A stretch of DNA of 64,000 bases from Dehalococcoidia bacterium (GTDB lineage Bacteria; Chloroflexota; Dehalococcoidia; UBA6926), in assembly GCA_034422835.1 (NCBI GenBank), contig DAOUJJ010000011.1:2942-66941 (forward strand). Direction: 5' to 3'. Every line of letters starts with the position of its first letter. The stretch's first letter is position 1. Shown here one piece after another: positions 19,427-31,827 of this stretch. Both the position numbers and the translations under genes were made by a program. The notes under the pieces were generated by a model that was not told the origin of the DNA, made no database searches, and worked only from the letters and a program-made list of their open reading frames with translations.

Positions 19427-20650
19427 ATGAATGATCCTACAGTCTCGCGTCTCGTGATGCCCGCGCTTGAAGACCGCCTGCGGGTGATGCCCGCCGTGGT
19501 TCTGACCGGCGCGCGGCAGGCTGGCAAAAGCACACTGGCGCGCGACATCATATCGGCAGGGCGGAGGTTCTTTACTCTGGATGATCTGGATACCTTTGAG
19601 GCGGCACGGAACGACCCCGATGCTATCCTTGGCGGAAATGACCCCATCACCATTGATGAGGTGCAGCGAGCGCCGGATCTGCTCCATGCCGTCAAGATGG
19701 ACATCGACAACCGGCGGACGCCCGGCCGATTCCTGTTGACCGGCTCGGCGAATCTCCTTTTGATGGGGCAGGTGTCTGAGTCGCTTGCCGGACGCGCCAG
19801 CTACCTGACCCTGCTGCCGTTGACACGGCGTGAGCAGATGGGGCTTGGCCGCGCCGGCCTGTGGGAGGAGCTGCTTGGTGTGCCCGACGAGGAGTGGCGG
19901 GACATTCTTAATGCCGCTGAGTCGCCCCGAGAGGACTGGAGAAAGCTTGCGCTGCGAGGCGGCTTTCCCACACCCGCTCTCTCCCTGCGCTCCGCGCGAG
20001 AAAGAGCAATCTGGTTTGACGGCTACACACAGACGTACCTTGAGCGGGACCTGCTGAGCCTCTCGACGATTGCCGCCCTCCCCGACTTTCGCCGGCTGAT
20101 GCGGGCAACGTGCCTCCGCATCGGCCAGTTGGTCAATCAGACGGACCTGGGGCGGGATGTGGCGTTGTCGCAGCCAACGGTGCGCCGCCATCTCAACCTT
20201 TTGGAAACGTCGCATCTCCTTGTACGGGTGCCCGCCTACGCCGTCAATCGCACCAAGCGCCTGATCAAAGCCCCAAAAATCTATTGGGCTGACACAGGTC
20301 TCGCAATGCGCATCGCGCAGGAAGACGTTCCTCGGGGCGCGCACCTTGAAAATCTGGTTTTGATTGACCTGCTAGCTTGGCGGGACACGCGCGACAGCCG
20401 GGCGGACATCTTCTATTGGCGCACAACAGCCGGGGAGGAGGTGGATTTCATCATCGAGGCGGATGGCCATCTGCTGCCCATTGAGGTGAAATCAACGACC
20501 AAGCCCAGCCTGCGGGATGCGGCGGCCCTGCGCAGCTTTCGCCGCGAGTATGGCGACAGCGCGAGAGCGGGGCTGCTGCTCCACGATGGCGACACCCTGG
20601 ATTGGCTGACACCCGATGTTTTGGCGGTTCCCTGGTGGATGGCGTTGTAG
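19427..20650 (+). CDS. AAA_14 ATPase with DUF4143 domain
   Basis: GARQAGKST, IDEVQRAP, FLLTGSA, central HTH (DVALSQPTVRRHL), EVDFII...PIEVKS. Start 19409 or 19427. Confidence 0.9.
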   Translation: MNDPTVSRLVMPALEDRLRVMPAVVLTGARQAGKSTLARDIISAGRRFFTLDDLDTFEAARNDPDAILGGNDPITIDEVQRAPDLLHAVKMDIDNRRTPGRFLLTGSANLLLMGQVSESLAGRASYLTLLPLTRREQMGLGRAGLWEELLGVPDEEWRDILNAAESPREDWRKLALRGGFPTPALSLRSARERAIWFDGYTQTYLERDLLSLSTIAALPDFRRLMRATCLRIGQLVNQTDLGRDVALSQPTVRRHLNLLETSHLLVRVPAYAVNRTKRLIKAPKIYWADTGLAMRIAQEDVPRGAHLENLVLIDLLAWRDTRDSRADIFYWRTTAGEEVDFIIEADGHLLPIEVKSTTKPSLRDAAALRSFRREYGDSARAGLLLHDGDTLDWLTPDVLAVPWWMAL

Positions 20651-20654
20651 CGGT

Positions 20655-20681
20655 TTGACGTTTGTGGGCGTGTGCTATAGT
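20655..20681 (+). promoter_or_regulatory. Promoter for rpoBC
   Basis: TTGACG then extended -10 TGcTATAGT; the 15-nt spacer is short. Confidence 0.5.
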
Positions 20682-20805
20682 ATTCGATTGTGCTTGGGTG
20701 GACGTCGACCCGTTAGATCGCACCGAATAGGCCTGTTCGCTGGGCTAATTGAATGTACCCCGCGAACGGGCTTTTTCTGCTTGTGTAAGAAGAGAGGAGC
20801 GCCGA

Positions 20806-23800
20806 ATGGTCGCAGCCATGAGGGAGTCAATCAAGAACTACTCGCGGGTCGATGAAATACTCGCACCGCCAAATCTCATCCAAATACAGGTCGACTCCTT
20901 CAACTGGTTTAAGACCGACGGAATCGCCGAACTCCTCTCTGAAATCAGTCCCATCCAGGACGCCGCGCGGGAGACCCTGCCCGCCGATCTCAGCGCCGGA
21001 CGCTCTCCACGTGAAATTCTGGAGCTTGTCCGGGAAGGCAAAGCCCGCGCAGAGGCGGTTGGCGGCAGATTCCAACTGCGTTTCGTCGAGCACCGCTTTG
21101 ATGTGCCCAAGCATTCCGAAGATGAGTGCCGCGACAAGGACCTCAACTACTCTGCCCCGCTCCACGTCAAGGCTGAGTTGACCGTGAAGGAGACGGGCGA
21201 GGTCAAGGAGCAAGACCTCTTCCTGGGTGACGTTCCCCTCATGACTGACCGGGGCACGTTCATCATCAACGGCGCGGAGCGAGTCGTCGTCAGCCAGTTG
21301 GTGCGTTCGCCCGGCGCGTATTTCACGCTGGAGCGCGACCCGTCCACCGGGCGCGAGCTGTGCATGACCAAGCTCATTCCCAATCGCGGGGCGTGGCTTG
21401 AGTTCGATATTTCCAACCGGGGCATCATCAGCGTCAAGGTGGACCGTCGCCGCAAGATGCCCGTCACGCTGCTGCTTCGCGCCCTCGGTTTCGAAGAGGA
21501 CGAGATTCTCTCGATGTTCTCCGACGTGGACCTGCCCGGCGACGCGAGCCTGATCAGGACGACGCTTGAGCGTGAGCCGCACGCGCGGACGACGGATGAG
21601 GCGCTGCTGGAGTTCTATCGCCGCCTGCGCCCCGGCGAGCCGTCCGTGCTGGACAACGCCAAGACGCTCATTCACCACCTGTTCTTTGACCCCCGGCGTT
21701 ATGACCTGGCGCGCGTTGGCCGCTACAAGCTCAACCGCGGCCTCGGCTCGCAGGTTGACCCGGAAACGCGCATCCTGCTGCCGGAGGACATCGTCGCGCT
21801 CATCAGGCAGATGATCCGCGTGCATAACGGCGCATCTCGGCCCAACGATATCGACCATCTGGGCAACCGACGCGTCCGATCCGTCGGCGAGTTGATCCAG
21901 AACCAGTTCCGCGTCGGCCTCCTCCGCATGGAGCGCGTGGCGCGGGAGCGCATGACGCTGGTGCAGCCGGAGGGCGCGACGCCCGGCCATCTCGTCAACG
22001 TGCGGCCAATCGTTGCCTCACTGCGTGAGTTCTTTGGCGGCTCCCAGCTCTCACAGTTCATGGATCAGACCAACCCGCTCGCCGAGTTGACGCACAAGCG
22101 GCGTCTCTCCGCGCTGGGACCGGGTGGACTGTCCCGCGAGCGCGCCGGTTTCGACGTGCGTGACGTTCACAACTCCCACTACGGGCGCATCTGCCCCATC
22201 GAGACACCCGAGGGACCGAACATCGGCCTCCTTGGCTCCCTCGCCACGTACGCCAAGATCAACCCCTTCGGTTTCATCGAGACGCCGTACCGCCGCGTGC
22301 TCAAGGAGATCCCGAACAAGGAGCCGAAGTGGCTTGAGGGCCACACCCTCCGTGAGGAGGTGAGGGATCGGCGCAAGAAGCTGGTCGCGGAGGCCGGTAC
22401 TGTCGTCACGGCGGAGCTTGCCAAGTCGATCGCCCGGCTCGCGCCGCTGGACATCTCCGTGCGCCCGTTCGTGCTCAATGAGTCCGAGTACCTTGACGCG
22501 GACGAGGAAGAGCGGCACGACATCGCGCAGGCCAACACGGAACTGAATGCAGTCGGTGAGATGGTCACGGACATGATTGAGGTCAGGCGGCAGGGAGAGC
22601 CGCATACGGCCCGCGCCGTGGACGTGGAGTTCATGGATGTCTCTCCCAAGCAGATCTTCAGTGTCTCCACCGCCCTGATTCCGTTCCTCGAGCACGACGA
22701 CGCTAACCGCGCGCTGATGGGATCCAACATGCAGCGGCAGGCGGTGCCGCTCGTACGCCCGGACGTGCCCATCGTCGGCACCGGCATGGAGTCCCGCGTC
22801 GCGAAAGACAGCGGTCAGATACTGCTCTCCCGCGTGGACGGAACCGTCGTGACGGCGACTGCCGAGGAAATCATCATCAAGGGCACCGATAAGAAGACCT
22901 ATCCCCACCGCGTCCGCAAGTTCGAGCGGTCCAACCAGGGAACGGTCATCAACCAGAAGCCCTCAGTGGCCCCCGGCGACGTGGTCAAGGTGGGGGATCC
23001 GATCGCCGATTGCGCCTCCACGGTGCAGGGTGAGTTGGCCCTCGGCCAGAACGTGCTGTGCGCGTTCATGTCCTGGGAGGGCTACAACTTTGAGGACGCG
23101 ATTATCCTCTCCGAATCCGTCGTGCGCGAGGATAAGTTCACGTCCATCCATATCGAGAAGCACGAGGTCGAGGCCCGCGACACCAAGCTGGGGCGTGAGG
23201 AGATCACGCGCGACATCCCGAACGTTGGTGAAGAGGCCCTCGCCGACCTCGACGAAAAGGGCATCATCCGCATCGGCGCGGAGGTGAACGCCGGCGACAT
23301 CCTTGTCGGCAAGATCACTCCCAAGGGCGAGACGGAACTCTCCCCGGAGGAGAAGCTGCTCCGCGCAATCTTCAGCGAAAAGGCGCGTGAGGTGAAGGAC
23401 TCCTCGCTCCGCGTCCCGCACGGCGAGCACGGCAAGGTCATTGACGTCCGCATCCTGACGGGCGAGCAGAAGGATGACCTGCAGGCCGGCGTCAATGAGC
23501 TGGTGCGCGTATGGGTGGCGCAGACCCGCAAGATATCCGTCGGCGACAAGATGGCCGGACGCCACGGCAACAAGGGCGTCATCTCCCGCATCATGCCCAT
23601 TGAGGACATGCCCTACCTGCCGGACGGGACACCGGTTGAGATTATCCTCAACCCCATCGGAGTGCCCTCCCGCATGAACCTCGGCCAGATCCTTGAGACG
23701 CACATCGGCTCGGCGGCGCGCGAACTCGGATTCCAGGTTGTGACGCCCGTCTTTGACGGCGCAGACCCGGGATCCATCGAGGACGCCTTGGGCCGCGCCT

Positions 23801-24573
23801 ACATCGCGCATGAGTCCGGCGCAGTCCGCGCAACGGGCGAACATGGAGAGCCGACGTTCGAGCAGGAAATCGCGGAGGAGTGGCTGCAGGAGAAGGGCAT
23901 CGACCCGGCACCCGTGTTCAGCGACCGCACCCGCGGCGTCGCCAAGGACGTGTGCCTGCGGCTCTGGCTGGACCAGCAGGGAGTGTCCCACAAGAAGCTG
24001 GATGCAGACGGCGTTGTGGCGAAGACGGAAGAGCACTTCCGGAAGAGCGGCAACCATCCGCCGATCTTCGGCAAGGTGATTCTGCGTGACGGACGCACGG
24101 GTGAGCCGTTCGGTCAGCCTGTAACTGTCGGTTACATCTACATGCTCAAGCTGATCCACCTCGTTGAGGACAAGATTCACGCCCGCTCGACGGGCCCGTA
24201 TTCGTTGATTACGCAGCAGCCGTTGGGCGGAAAGGCACAATTCGGCGGCCAGCGGTTTGGAGAGATGGAGGTCTGGGCGTTGGAGGCGTACAGCGCAGCC
24301 CACAACCTCCAGGAGATGCTCACGATCAAGTCGGACGACGTGCAAGGTCGGCAGCAAACGTATGAGGCCATCGTAAAGGGCGAGGACGTGATTGAGCACG
24401 GCATCCCGGAGTCCTTCCACGTCCTGCAGATGGAATTACAGAGCCTGGGCCTCGCAATCGAACTGCTGCAAGACCCGGACGTTCCGGCTCTGGAAATGGC
24501 CCTCAGCGGGGCCTTGCGCGTGGATGACTTTGGCGACGGAGACATGGAGGAGAGAGAGAATGACGGATCCTAG
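20806..24573 (+). CDS. rpoB: RNA polymerase beta subunit
   Basis: [59 protein letters not shown]; SD GAGGAG before ATG 20806. Confidence 0.99.
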   Translation: MVAAMRESIKNYSRVDEILAPPNLIQIQVDSFNWFKTDGIAELLSEISPIQDAARETLPADLSAGRSPREILELVREGKARAEAVGGRFQLRFVEHRFDVPKHSEDECRDKDLNYSAPLHVKAELTVKETGEVKEQDLFLGDVPLMTDRGTFIINGAERVVVSQLVRSPGAYFTLERDPSTGRELCMTKLIPNRGAWLEFDISNRGIISVKVDRRRKMPVTLLLRALGFEEDEILSMFSDVDLPGDASLIRTTLEREPHARTTDEALLEFYRRLRPGEPSVLDNAKTLIHHLFFDPRRYDLARVGRYKLNRGLGSQVDPETRILLPEDIVALIRQMIRVHNGASRPNDIDHLGNRRVRSVGELIQNQFRVGLLRMERVARERMTLVQPEGATPGHLVNVRPIVASLREFFGGSQLSQFMDQTNPLAELTHKRRLSALGPGGLSRERAGFDVRDVHNSHYGRICPIETPEGPNIGLLGSLATYAKINPFGFIETPYRRVLKEIPNKEPKWLEGHTLREEVRDRRKKLVAEAGTVVTAELAKSIARLAPLDISVRPFVLNESEYLDADEEERHDIAQANTELNAVGEMVTDMIEVRRQGEPHTARAVDVEFMDVSPKQIFSVSTALIPFLEHDDANRALMGSNMQRQAVPLVRPDVPIVGTGMESRVAKDSGQILLSRVDGTVVTATAEEIIIKGTDKKTYPHRVRKFERSNQGTVINQKPSVAPGDVVKVGDPIADCASTVQGELALGQNVLCAFMSWEGYNFEDAIILSESVVREDKFTSIHIEKHEVEARDTKLGREEITRDIPNVGEEALADLDEKGIIRIGAEVNAGDILVGKITPKGETELSPEEKLLRAIFSEKAREVKDSSLRVPHGEHGKVIDVRILTGEQKDDLQAGVNELVRVWVAQTRKISVGDKMAGRHGNKGVISRIMPIEDMPYLPDGTPVEIILNPIGVPSRMNLGQILETHIGSAARELGFQVVTPVFDGADPGSIEDALGRAYIAHESGAVRATGEHGEPTFEQEIAEEWLQEKGIDPAPVFSDRTRGVAKDVCLRLWLDQQGVSHKKLDADGVVAKTEEHFRKSGNHPPIFGKVILRDGRTGEPFGQPVTVGYIYMLKLIHLVEDKIHARSTGPYSLITQQPLGGKAQFGGQRFGEMEVWALEAYSAAHNLQEMLTIKSDDVQGRQQTYEAIVKGEDVIEHGIPESFHVLQMELQSLGLAIELLQDPDVPALEMALSGALRVDDFGDGDMEERENDGS

Positions 24574-27500
24574 CTTCAGCGCAATACGAATCTCCCTCGC
24601 CTCCCCGGACCAGATCCGGTCGTGGTCCTACGGCGAGGTCACCAAGCCTGAGACGATCAACTACCGCAATCAGAAGCCTGAAAAGGATGGGCTCTTTGAT
24701 GAGCGCATCTTCGGTCCGACCAAGGATTTCGAGTGCTACTGCGGCAAGTACAAGCGTATTCGCTACCGCGGCGTGATTTGCGACCGCTGCGGCGTTGAAG
24801 TGACGCGCGCCAAGGTGCGGCGTGAGCGGATGGGGCACATCAATCTTGCCGCCCCCGTCGCTCATATCTGGTTCGCCAAGGGCACGCCGAGTTGGCTCGC
24901 CATGCTGCTGGACATGACGCCCCGCAACCTGGAGCGAGTCCTTTACTACGCCCAGTACGTGATCATTGAGGTGGATGAGGAACGCAAGCAGGACCTCATT
25001 GATCAGTACGTGGAGCATGAGGACAAGCTCCTTGAGGAGATCCGCGCCGATCTGGACGCCAACGTCTCCGCCATCCGTGAGCAGAGCACGCGGGAACTCG
25101 CCGAGCGCCGCGCGATGATCGAGGCTGATGTCGATGCCCTGCGCACCGGCCTGCCCCAGTTGGTGGGCCAGAACGCCAGCGACACCATCAGTGTTCATGG
25201 GCGCACGCTGGTGGAGAAGGGCGATGAAATCACCGAGGAGAGCGTTGCCTCCCTTGATGCCGTGCTTGAGGAACTCATCACGGAGTCAGTGGAACAGCAG
25301 GGCGGCGCCCAGCAGGAAATTGCCACTCTCCAAAAGGAGGCCCAGGAACGCATCCAGGAGGCTCGCAAGGCGTGGGACTCCCGCCGAGGCGACCTGGAGC
25401 AGCTGCAGCCCCGCAAGACCATGACCGAGAACGAGTTCAAGGAGCGCAACGAGCAGTACGGCTCCCTGTTCCGTGCCGGCATGGGCGCGGAGTCGCTGCT
25501 GGAAATCATCAGCACGATGGACCTTGAAGAGCTTCGTGAGACGCTCCACGCCGAGGCCATCGGCTCCACCGGGCAGAAGGCCAAGAAAGCGGCCAAGCGC
25601 CTGCGTGTCGTCGAGGGATTCCGCAAGAGCGACAACAAGCCGGAGTGGATGATCCTGACCGTGCTGCCCGTGCTGCCGCCGGACCTGCGCCCCATGGTGC
25701 AGTTGGACGGCGGGCGTTTCGCCACGAGCGATCTGAATGACCTTTACCGCCGTGTTATCAACCGCAACAACCGCCTCAAGAGGCTCATGGAGCTTGGCGC
25801 GCCGGACATCATCGTCCGCAATGAGAAGCGGATGCTCCAGGAAGCCGTCGACGCGTTGGTCGACAATGGCCGCCGCGGACGCGCCATCACCGGCAGCCAC
25901 AACCATACGCTCAAGTCGCTCTCAGACATGCTGCGCGGCAAGCAGGGGCGTTTCCGCCAGAACCTGCTTGGCAAGCGCGTGGACTACAGCGGACGTTCTG
26001 TCATCGTTGTCGGCTCCACCCTGAAGCTGCACCAGTGCGGCCTGCCGAAGCAGATGGCGCTTGAGTTGTTCAAGCCGTTCGTGATGCACCGGTTGGTGCT
26101 GCACGGCATCGCGCCGAACATCAAGAGCGCAAAGCGCATGGTGGACCAGAAGCGCCGCGGCGAGGTATGGGACCTCCTGGAAGAGGTGATCACGGAGCGC
26201 CCGGTGTTCCTGAACCGCGCCCCCACCCTGCACCGCCTCGGCATCCAGGCCTTTGAGCCGGTGCTTGTTGAGGGCAGCGCCATCCAGATTCATCCGCTCG
26301 TCTGCGCGGCGTACAACGCCGACTTTGACGGGGACCAGATGGCCGTCCACGTGCCGATCGGCCGCCGCGCCGTGGAAGAGGCGCGCAAGCTGATGATCTC
26401 CACGCACAACATGCTGCTGCCGAGCTCCGGCGAGCCGATTGTCGCCCCGACGCTCGACATCGTCGTCGGCATCTATTACCTGACGACGACGGTGCAGGGC
26501 GCGCAGGGCGAGGGCCAAGGCTTCATCACGTATGACGATGCCAAGCTGGCTCATGACCTCGGACAGATTGACCTCCGGGCGGAGATCCGCATACGCGAGG
26601 GCGTGGCCGTCAGCGCCGACGGCAACACGCGGCTGAACCTGCTGCCGCGCCTCGTAATGAGCGAGGATGGCCGCACGGAGATCGTTGAACTGAATCTCCA
26701 GGAAGAGATGCCGGATGGTTGGACGCTGGAGCCGCTGACGACGAGCGTCGGTCGGATTCTCTTCAACCAGGTGCTGCCAAGCGCGGTAACCTACCGCAAC
26801 GAAATCGTAGACAAGAAGGCGCTCAAGGAAGTCGTTACCGAGTGCTATCGCTTTGAGGACAACGACTCCACTGCCCTGATCCTCGATGCTCTCAAGAAGC
26901 TCGGTTTCCACTACGCGACGGAGTCCGGCCTGACCATCGCCTTGAACGATGTCGTCGTTCCGCCGGAGAAGGCGGGGATGCTGGAAAAGGCCGAGGAAGA
27001 GGTGTCCGTGGTTCAGCGCAACTTCCAGCGCGGCCTCGTGAGCGAGGATGAGCTGGAAGAGCGGGTCATTGAGATTTGGCAGGGCGTTAACCGGGAGATG
27101 GAAACGGTTATCGAGACCCGCCTCCGCGAGTTTGGAAACCTGTACCTGATGGCCGGCTCCGGCGCGAAGGGCAACATCGCCCAGATCAAACAGATGGCCG
27201 GGATGCGCGGGCTGATGGCAGACCCCAAGGGCAAGATTCTGCCGCTGCCGATCCGCTCCAGTTTCCGCGAAGGCCTGAGTGTGCTGGAATACTTCATCTC
27301 AACGCACGGCGCGCGCAAGGGGCTCGCTGACACGGCTTTGCGGACGGCTGACTCCGGCTACCTCACACGCCGCATCATCGACGTGGCCCAGGATGTCATC
27401 GCCAACGATGACGACTGCGGCACGCTGGACGGCGTATGGATTGACGGCGAGACGATGGATCGCCTGCTGGGTTCCCTTTCGGAGCACATTCTCGGCCGCA

Positions 27501-28957
27501 TGGCCGCCGCTCCGGTTGCTGATCCAAACACCGGGGAAATCATCGTCGATCGCAACGAGGAAATTGATGAAGATAAGGCAGCGCAGATTCAGGACGCCGG
27601 AATCAACCGCGTCTTCGTGCGCAGCCCGCTGACCTGCCAGTCTCCGCATGGCATGTGCCGCTTCTGCTACGGCCGGTCACTGGCGCGGGGAAGGTTGGTG
27701 GAGGCCGGCGAGGCCATCGGCATCATCGCCGCGCAGTCCATCGGCGAGCCCGGCACACAGCTCACCATGCGGACGTTCCACACGGGCGGCGTCGCCGGCG
27801 TGGACATCACGAGCGGCTTGCCGCGTGTCGAGGAAATCTTCGAGGCGCGCGTGCCCAAGCTCGTCGCGCCAATCTCCGAGATCGACGGCGTTGTCGAAGT
27901 GACCGAGGATGCCAACGGCAGGCGCGTCCGCGTGGTCAACGAAGAGACCGTTGCAGAGGACTACCAGATTCCCGAGGGCTTCGAGGCTCGCGTCAAGTCC
28001 GGCGATTTCGTCGACTCGGGCGCGGAACTCGCGGGGCCCGCGGCCAAACCCAAGACCCGCAGCCGCCGAAAGAAGGCTGCAGAGGAAGAGACGGCAGAAA
28101 CCACTGCGCCCGTCCCGGCTCCGATCACCGCGGCCATGGACGGCGAGGTGACGGTGCATGGCGACACGATGACCATTGTTCACCGTGACGTCGATGACCG
28201 CACCTACCAGGTTTCGCCAAACGTGCGCATCCTGGTTGAAACCGGCCAGCGCATTGACGCGGGCACTGCGCTCGCCGAGGGACCGCTGAACCCGCAGGAT
28301 GTCCTGCGCGTCCGCGGCAAGGACGCCGCGCAGCGCTACCTCGTGGATGAGGTCCAGCGCGTGTACCGCTCTCAGGGCGTCGTCATCCACGACAAGCACA
28401 TCGAGATCATCGTCCGCCAGATGCTGCGCCGCGTGCGTATCGAGCAGCCCGGTGACACCGAGTTTCTACAGGGTGAGCTTGTCGACCGGTTCCTGTGGCA
28501 GTCCGTCAACGAGAAGGTCATTGCAGAGGGCGGCGAGCCGTCGCTGGCAGTGTCCGTCCTGCTCGGCGTGACAAAGGTATCGCTCAGCACGGAGAGCTTC
28601 CTTGCGGCGGCGTCCTTCCAGGAGACCACGCGCGTCCTTACCGAGGCGGCGCTGCTTGGCAAGGTTGATCGACTTGTCGGCCTCAAGGAAAACGTCATTA
28701 TCGGGCGTCTCATTCCTGCGCGGCTGGGTGTCGGCGACGACATCGATGACGATCTGCTCGAGGCAGGCGGTGTGGCGACGGCTCTTGCCGATCCGGACGA
28801 GGCCTTCGACGAAGACGAGAGCGACGCCGGATTGGAGCGCATCTTCAAGGCAGCCTTTGGCGACGACGGGGACGACTTTGACCTTGACCTGGACGACGAC
28901 GATGACGACGACGATTTCCCTGATATCGGGGAGGCAGACATCGGGTCTGACGACTAA
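24560..28957 (+). CDS. rpoC: RNA polymerase beta' subunit
   Basis: [12 protein letters not shown], Zn finger CYCGKYK...CDRC; true start [15 protein letters not shown] at 24560 overlapping the rpoB end. Confidence 0.99.
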   Translation: MTDPSFSAIRISLASPDQIRSWSYGEVTKPETINYRNQKPEKDGLFDERIFGPTKDFECYCGKYKRIRYRGVICDRCGVEVTRAKVRRERMGHINLAAPVAHIWFAKGTPSWLAMLLDMTPRNLERVLYYAQYVIIEVDEERKQDLIDQYVEHEDKLLEEIRADLDANVSAIREQSTRELAERRAMIEADVDALRTGLPQLVGQNASDTISVHGRTLVEKGDEITEESVASLDAVLEELITESVEQQGGAQQEIATLQKEAQERIQEARKAWDSRRGDLEQLQPRKTMTENEFKERNEQYGSLFRAGMGAESLLEIISTMDLEELRETLHAEAIGSTGQKAKKAAKRLRVVEGFRKSDNKPEWMILTVLPVLPPDLRPMVQLDGGRFATSDLNDLYRRVINRNNRLKRLMELGAPDIIVRNEKRMLQEAVDALVDNGRRGRAITGSHNHTLKSLSDMLRGKQGRFRQNLLGKRVDYSGRSVIVVGSTLKLHQCGLPKQMALELFKPFVMHRLVLHGIAPNIKSAKRMVDQKRRGEVWDLLEEVITERPVFLNRAPTLHRLGIQAFEPVLVEGSAIQIHPLVCAAYNADFDGDQMAVHVPIGRRAVEEARKLMISTHNMLLPSSGEPIVAPTLDIVVGIYYLTTTVQGAQGEGQGFITYDDAKLAHDLGQIDLRAEIRIREGVAVSADGNTRLNLLPRLVMSEDGRTEIVELNLQEEMPDGWTLEPLTTSVGRILFNQVLPSAVTYRNEIVDKKALKEVVTECYRFEDNDSTALILDALKKLGFHYATESGLTIALNDVVVPPEKAGMLEKAEEEVSVVQRNFQRGLVSEDELEERVIEIWQGVNREMETVIETRLREFGNLYLMAGSGAKGNIAQIKQMAGMRGLMADPKGKILPLPIRSSFREGLSVLEYFISTHGARKGLADTALRTADSGYLTRRIIDVAQDVIANDDDCGTLDGVWIDGETMDRLLGSLSEHILGRMAAAPVADPNTGEIIVDRNEEIDEDKAAQIQDAGINRVFVRSPLTCQSPHGMCRFCYGRSLARGRLVEAGEAIGIIAAQSIGEPGTQLTMRTFHTGGVAGVDITSGLPRVEEIFEARVPKLVAPISEIDGVVEVTEDANGRRVRVVNEETVAEDYQIPEGFEARVKSGDFVDSGAELAGPAAKPKTRSRRKKAAEEETAETTAPVPAPITAAMDGEVTVHGDTMTIVHRDVDDRTYQVSPNVRILVETGQRIDAGTALAEGPLNPQDVLRVRGKDAAQRYLVDEVQRVYRSQGVVIHDKHIEIIVRQMLRRVRIEQPGDTEFLQGELVDRFLWQSVNEKVIAEGGEPSLAVSVLLGVTKVSLSTESFLAAASFQETTRVLTEAALLGKVDRLVGLKENVIIGRLIPARLGVGDDIDDDLLEAGGVATALADPDEAFDEDESDAGLERIFKAAFGDDGDDFDLDLDDDDDDDDFPDIGEADIGSDD

Positions 28958-28985
28958 GGTTCCTGCAACAAAACAAGTAGGTAGC

Positions 28986-29020
28986 AAGGGGGGCGGCGCA
29001 ATGCGCCGCCCCCCTTTTCT
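28986..29020 (+). terminator. Intrinsic terminator after rpoC
   Basis: AAGGGGGGCGGCGCA-A-TGCGCCGCCCCCCTT followed by TTCTT. Confidence 0.85.
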
Positions 29021-29058
29021 TGTGGCATACTGTGGACTCAGATGGAAAGGTTGTATGC

Positions 29059-29304
29059 ATGAGCCCGGAGATGGTGTCGGTAATCGGTGTCGGCGTCGGT
29101 TTGGCTGCGTTGACCTTTGGTCTTTTTGGCTGGATCCGAGCCGATATGGCGAGGATGCGTCAAGAATGGCGAGACGAGATGTCACTGTTTCGCCAGGAAA
29201 TGCGGCAAGAACTCCGCAGCAGTGAGCAGCGCATCGTTAATGCCATCACCAATCACCGCCATCCTCAACCTGATGGGGAGCCAGTTTTCACTCAGCCGGT
29301 GTAG
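29059..29304 (+). CDS. Small protein with an N-terminal TM helix and coiled coil
   Basis: Hydrophobic VSVIGVGVGLAALTFGLFGW followed by heptad-like RQEWRDEMSLFRQEMRQE. Confidence 0.6.
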   Translation: MSPEMVSVIGVGVGLAALTFGLFGWIRADMARMRQEWRDEMSLFRQEMRQELRSSEQRIVNAITNHRHPQPDGEPVFTQPV

Positions 29305-29328
29305 TTTCGTGACCCGGCCTGGTCAATA

Positions 29329-30057
29329 GTGGTCGTGTTACCTTTACGACTCTTCCAGGCGCTCGGTTTATTGGTAATCCTTGCCCTGCCCGCCCTGTTC
29401 ATCACGACAAACGTCCGAATCGCCTTCCACAGTCAGACCGTCTATACCTACGCCATCGATGCATTTGACGCGCCGGAGCGAACAGGCGTCGAACGCGATG
29501 AACTCATAAAGGGCACTGCCGGACTCATCGACTATTTCGAGTCGGATGAGGACCTGATCACGACGGAAATCGTCGTCAACGGAATCAGCGAGCCGCTGTT
29601 CACCGAACCGGAGGCCATACACTTCCGGGACGTGCGAGACCTGCTGCAACGCGTCTATTTCGTACAGACCGTGGCGACCGTCATCATGCTTGCCGCTTTG
29701 ATTGCGGCTATCGTCGCCGCGACGCGCGGACGGCGGGAATTAGCCGCACTTGTCTTTCGCCGCATCCGTCAGAGCGCTGTGTGGACGGTGGTGGCAATCA
29801 TCGGAATAGGTCTATTTGCCGCGCTGGGCGGATTCAATTTCCTCTTCCTGCAATTCCACCTGCTCAGCTTCTCCAACGACCTGTGGCGGGGAACGGCGGA
29901 CGACAGGATGATTCAACTCTTCCCGCAGTTATTCTTCCTGCAGGCCACGCTGCTCATCGGCTTTGCAGCCATTGTTGAGATGGGGGTGGCATGGGTGGGA
30001 GCGACGATGTCCCTACGGGCATTGGAACCGTCGGATGTCCCGGAGGACGGCAGCTAG
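29329..30057 (+). CDS. TIGR01906/DUF1461-like integral membrane protein
   Basis: EAIHFRDVRDL, FLQFHLLSFSNDLW, MIQLFPQLFF. Confidence 0.8.
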   Translation: MVVLPLRLFQALGLLVILALPALFITTNVRIAFHSQTVYTYAIDAFDAPERTGVERDELIKGTAGLIDYFESDEDLITTEIVVNGISEPLFTEPEAIHFRDVRDLLQRVYFVQTVATVIMLAALIAAIVAATRGRRELAALVFRRIRQSAVWTVVAIIGIGLFAALGGFNFLFLQFHLLSFSNDLWRGTADDRMIQLFPQLFFLQATLLIGFAAIVEMGVAWVGATMSLRALEPSDVPEDGS

Positions 30058-30932
30058 CGTCCCGCCTGTTCCTCCGCGTGGTAGGAGCTTCGGACGAGGG
30101 GGCCGGACTCCACGTGCTTGAAGCCGCGCGCCATCCCTTCGTCCCGTAGCTCAACGAACTCTTGAGGCGTATAGAACCTGTCCAGCGGCACATGTGAGGG
30201 TGTTGGCCGCAGGTACTGACCGATGGTGAGAATGTCGCATCCAACGCTGACCAGATCATCCATCGTTGACAGGAGTTCCTCGCGTGTCTCACCCAAGCCG
30301 ACCATGATGCCGGACTTCGTGCGCATGCCTGCGCGCTTGGCCCGCTCCAGCAGCTCCAGCGACAGCCAATAGTTTCCCCGGGGCCTCACCGCACGAAACA
30401 CGGACGGCACACTTTCGATGTTGTGGTTGAGGACATCCGGCGCAGCATCCATCACTGTGCGGAGCGCGTCCCAATTCCCCGCGAAATCCGGAATGAGCAC
30501 CTCAACGCCGACACCTGACGCAATGCGCCTCACTGCGCTGATGGTCTGCGCAAAGATGGACGCGCCGCCGTCGGGAAGGTCGTCACGGTCAACTGACGTG
30601 ATAACGGCATACGTGATGCCCATGCGGTGGACGGCTTGCGCGACACGCAAGGGCTCAAGCGCATCGACCACGCCGCCCGGGTCCCCGGTCTTGACGGCGC
30701 AGTAACGACAGGCGCGCGTGCATGTATCGCCAAGGATCATGAACGTCGCCGTGCCGCGGTCCCAGCAGTCGCCGATGTTGGGGCAGCGCGCCTCCTCGCA
30801 GACCGTATGAAGCGAATTGCCTTCGACAAGCGCCTTCAACTTGCGATACCGCTCGCTGCCCGGTGCGGGAACCTTGAACCACTCCGGCAGGCGGCGTGGG
30901 CGCGGAACGGGCTGTTCAACTGTCAAGGTCAT
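30054..30932 (-). CDS. lipA: Lipoyl synthase
   Basis: CEEARCPNIGDC, CTRACRYC, GPLVRSSYHA. Start set at MTLTVEQ. Confidence 0.96.
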   Translation of the reverse strand: MTLTVEQPVPRPRRLPEWFKVPAPGSERYRKLKALVEGNSLHTVCEEARCPNIGDCWDRGTATFMILGDTCTRACRYCAVKTGDPGGVVDALEPLRVAQAVHRMGITYAVITSVDRDDLPDGGASIFAQTISAVRRIASGVGVEVLIPDFAGNWDALRTVMDAAPDVLNHNIESVPSVFRAVRPRGNYWLSLELLERAKRAGMRTKSGIMVGLGETREELLSTMDDLVSVGCDILTIGQYLRPTPSHVPLDRFYTPQEFVELRDEGMARGFKHVESGPLVRSSYHAEEQAGR

Positions 30933-30996
30933 CGTGCTCACCAGAATACCATCGGCGGCACAAGCTATACTCAATCAGTCCCCATAGGTACATAAC

Positions 30997-31683
30997 ATGC
31001 ATGTCGCGTTGTTGACCACCCAGGAGGCGCCGGCCTTTACCGACCTGACGGCCGCATTCGACCGTGAGGTCATCACCTGCACGCCACTCACTGAGGAAGA
31101 CGACCTCGATGAGTTCTCACAGGGCCCGCATGACATCCTGATCATTGACATGGCAGGGTCCCTTGCGCGAGCCGCATCTGTCCGTGAGATTGCCTCCGCC
31201 TGCCACAAGGATGTTTACGTCCCTGTCCTTGGACTGATGCGCCCCGGGCAGCTCCGCGAAATCGAGGCATCGCTGGGACTGGATGATTTCGTCCTGGTTC
31301 CTGCCGACCCTGGGGAAGTCATCGCCCGCCTTGCCCTGCTTTACGCCCGGCATCGCGCCCGTTCCGCCAACGAGGATGAGATAAACGTTGGCGATCTCCG
31401 CATCAATCTCGCGCGTTATGAAGTCTGGGTGGGAGTTCGGCAGGTCACACTCACATTCAAGGAGTACGAGCTGCTGCGCATCCTTGCCTCGCGTCCCGGC
31501 CACGTTTTCACGCGCAACACGCTGCTGGACGTGGTATGGGGTTACGACTACTTCGGCGGCACGCGAACCGTGGACGTCCACGTGCGGCGCTTGCGCAGCA
31601 AGATCGAGGACCCCACCCACACCTTCGTTGAAACGGTACGCAACGTGGGGTATCGACTCCGCGCCAACCCTGATTCGCGCTAG
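30997..31683 (+). CDS. OmpR-family regulator with atypical receiver, GlnR-like
   Basis: LTFKEYELL...VWGYDYFGGTRTVDVHVRRLR, closely matching actinobacterial GlnR as recalled; lies directly upstream of glnA. Confidence 0.8.
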   Translation: MHVALLTTQEAPAFTDLTAAFDREVITCTPLTEEDDLDEFSQGPHDILIIDMAGSLARAASVREIASACHKDVYVPVLGLMRPGQLREIEASLGLDDFVLVPADPGEVIARLALLYARHRARSANEDEINVGDLRINLARYEVWVGVRQVTLTFKEYELLRILASRPGHVFTRNTLLDVVWGYDYFGGTRTVDVHVRRLRSKIEDPTHTFVETVRNVGYRLRANPDSR

Positions 31684-31707
31684 ACAGCCGCCTGCATTTT
31701 GCGGACT

Positions 31708-31723
31708 GTAACACGTTCGTAAC
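31708..31723 (+). promoter_or_regulatory. GlnR-box-like direct repeat upstream of glnA
   Basis: GTAAC-ACGTTC-GTAAC (5-6-5 spacing). Confidence 0.6.
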
Positions 31724-31827
31724 CCAACACCCTGCCCGCGTCAGCATTCTGGTTGTGGGGGCAGGGACTGACCACGCGTCAGGCTCCCTCCGATGAATTG
31801 GCGGAACAACACCGGAAGGAGTTTTTG

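Noticed and set aside
24392-24559. ORF-track N-terminal extensions (rpoC, and likewise leuS, VWA, IMPase, glnA, GHKL)
   Set aside because: Upstream alternative starts lie inside neighbouring genes or lack an SD; conserved N-termini begin at the later ATGs used here.
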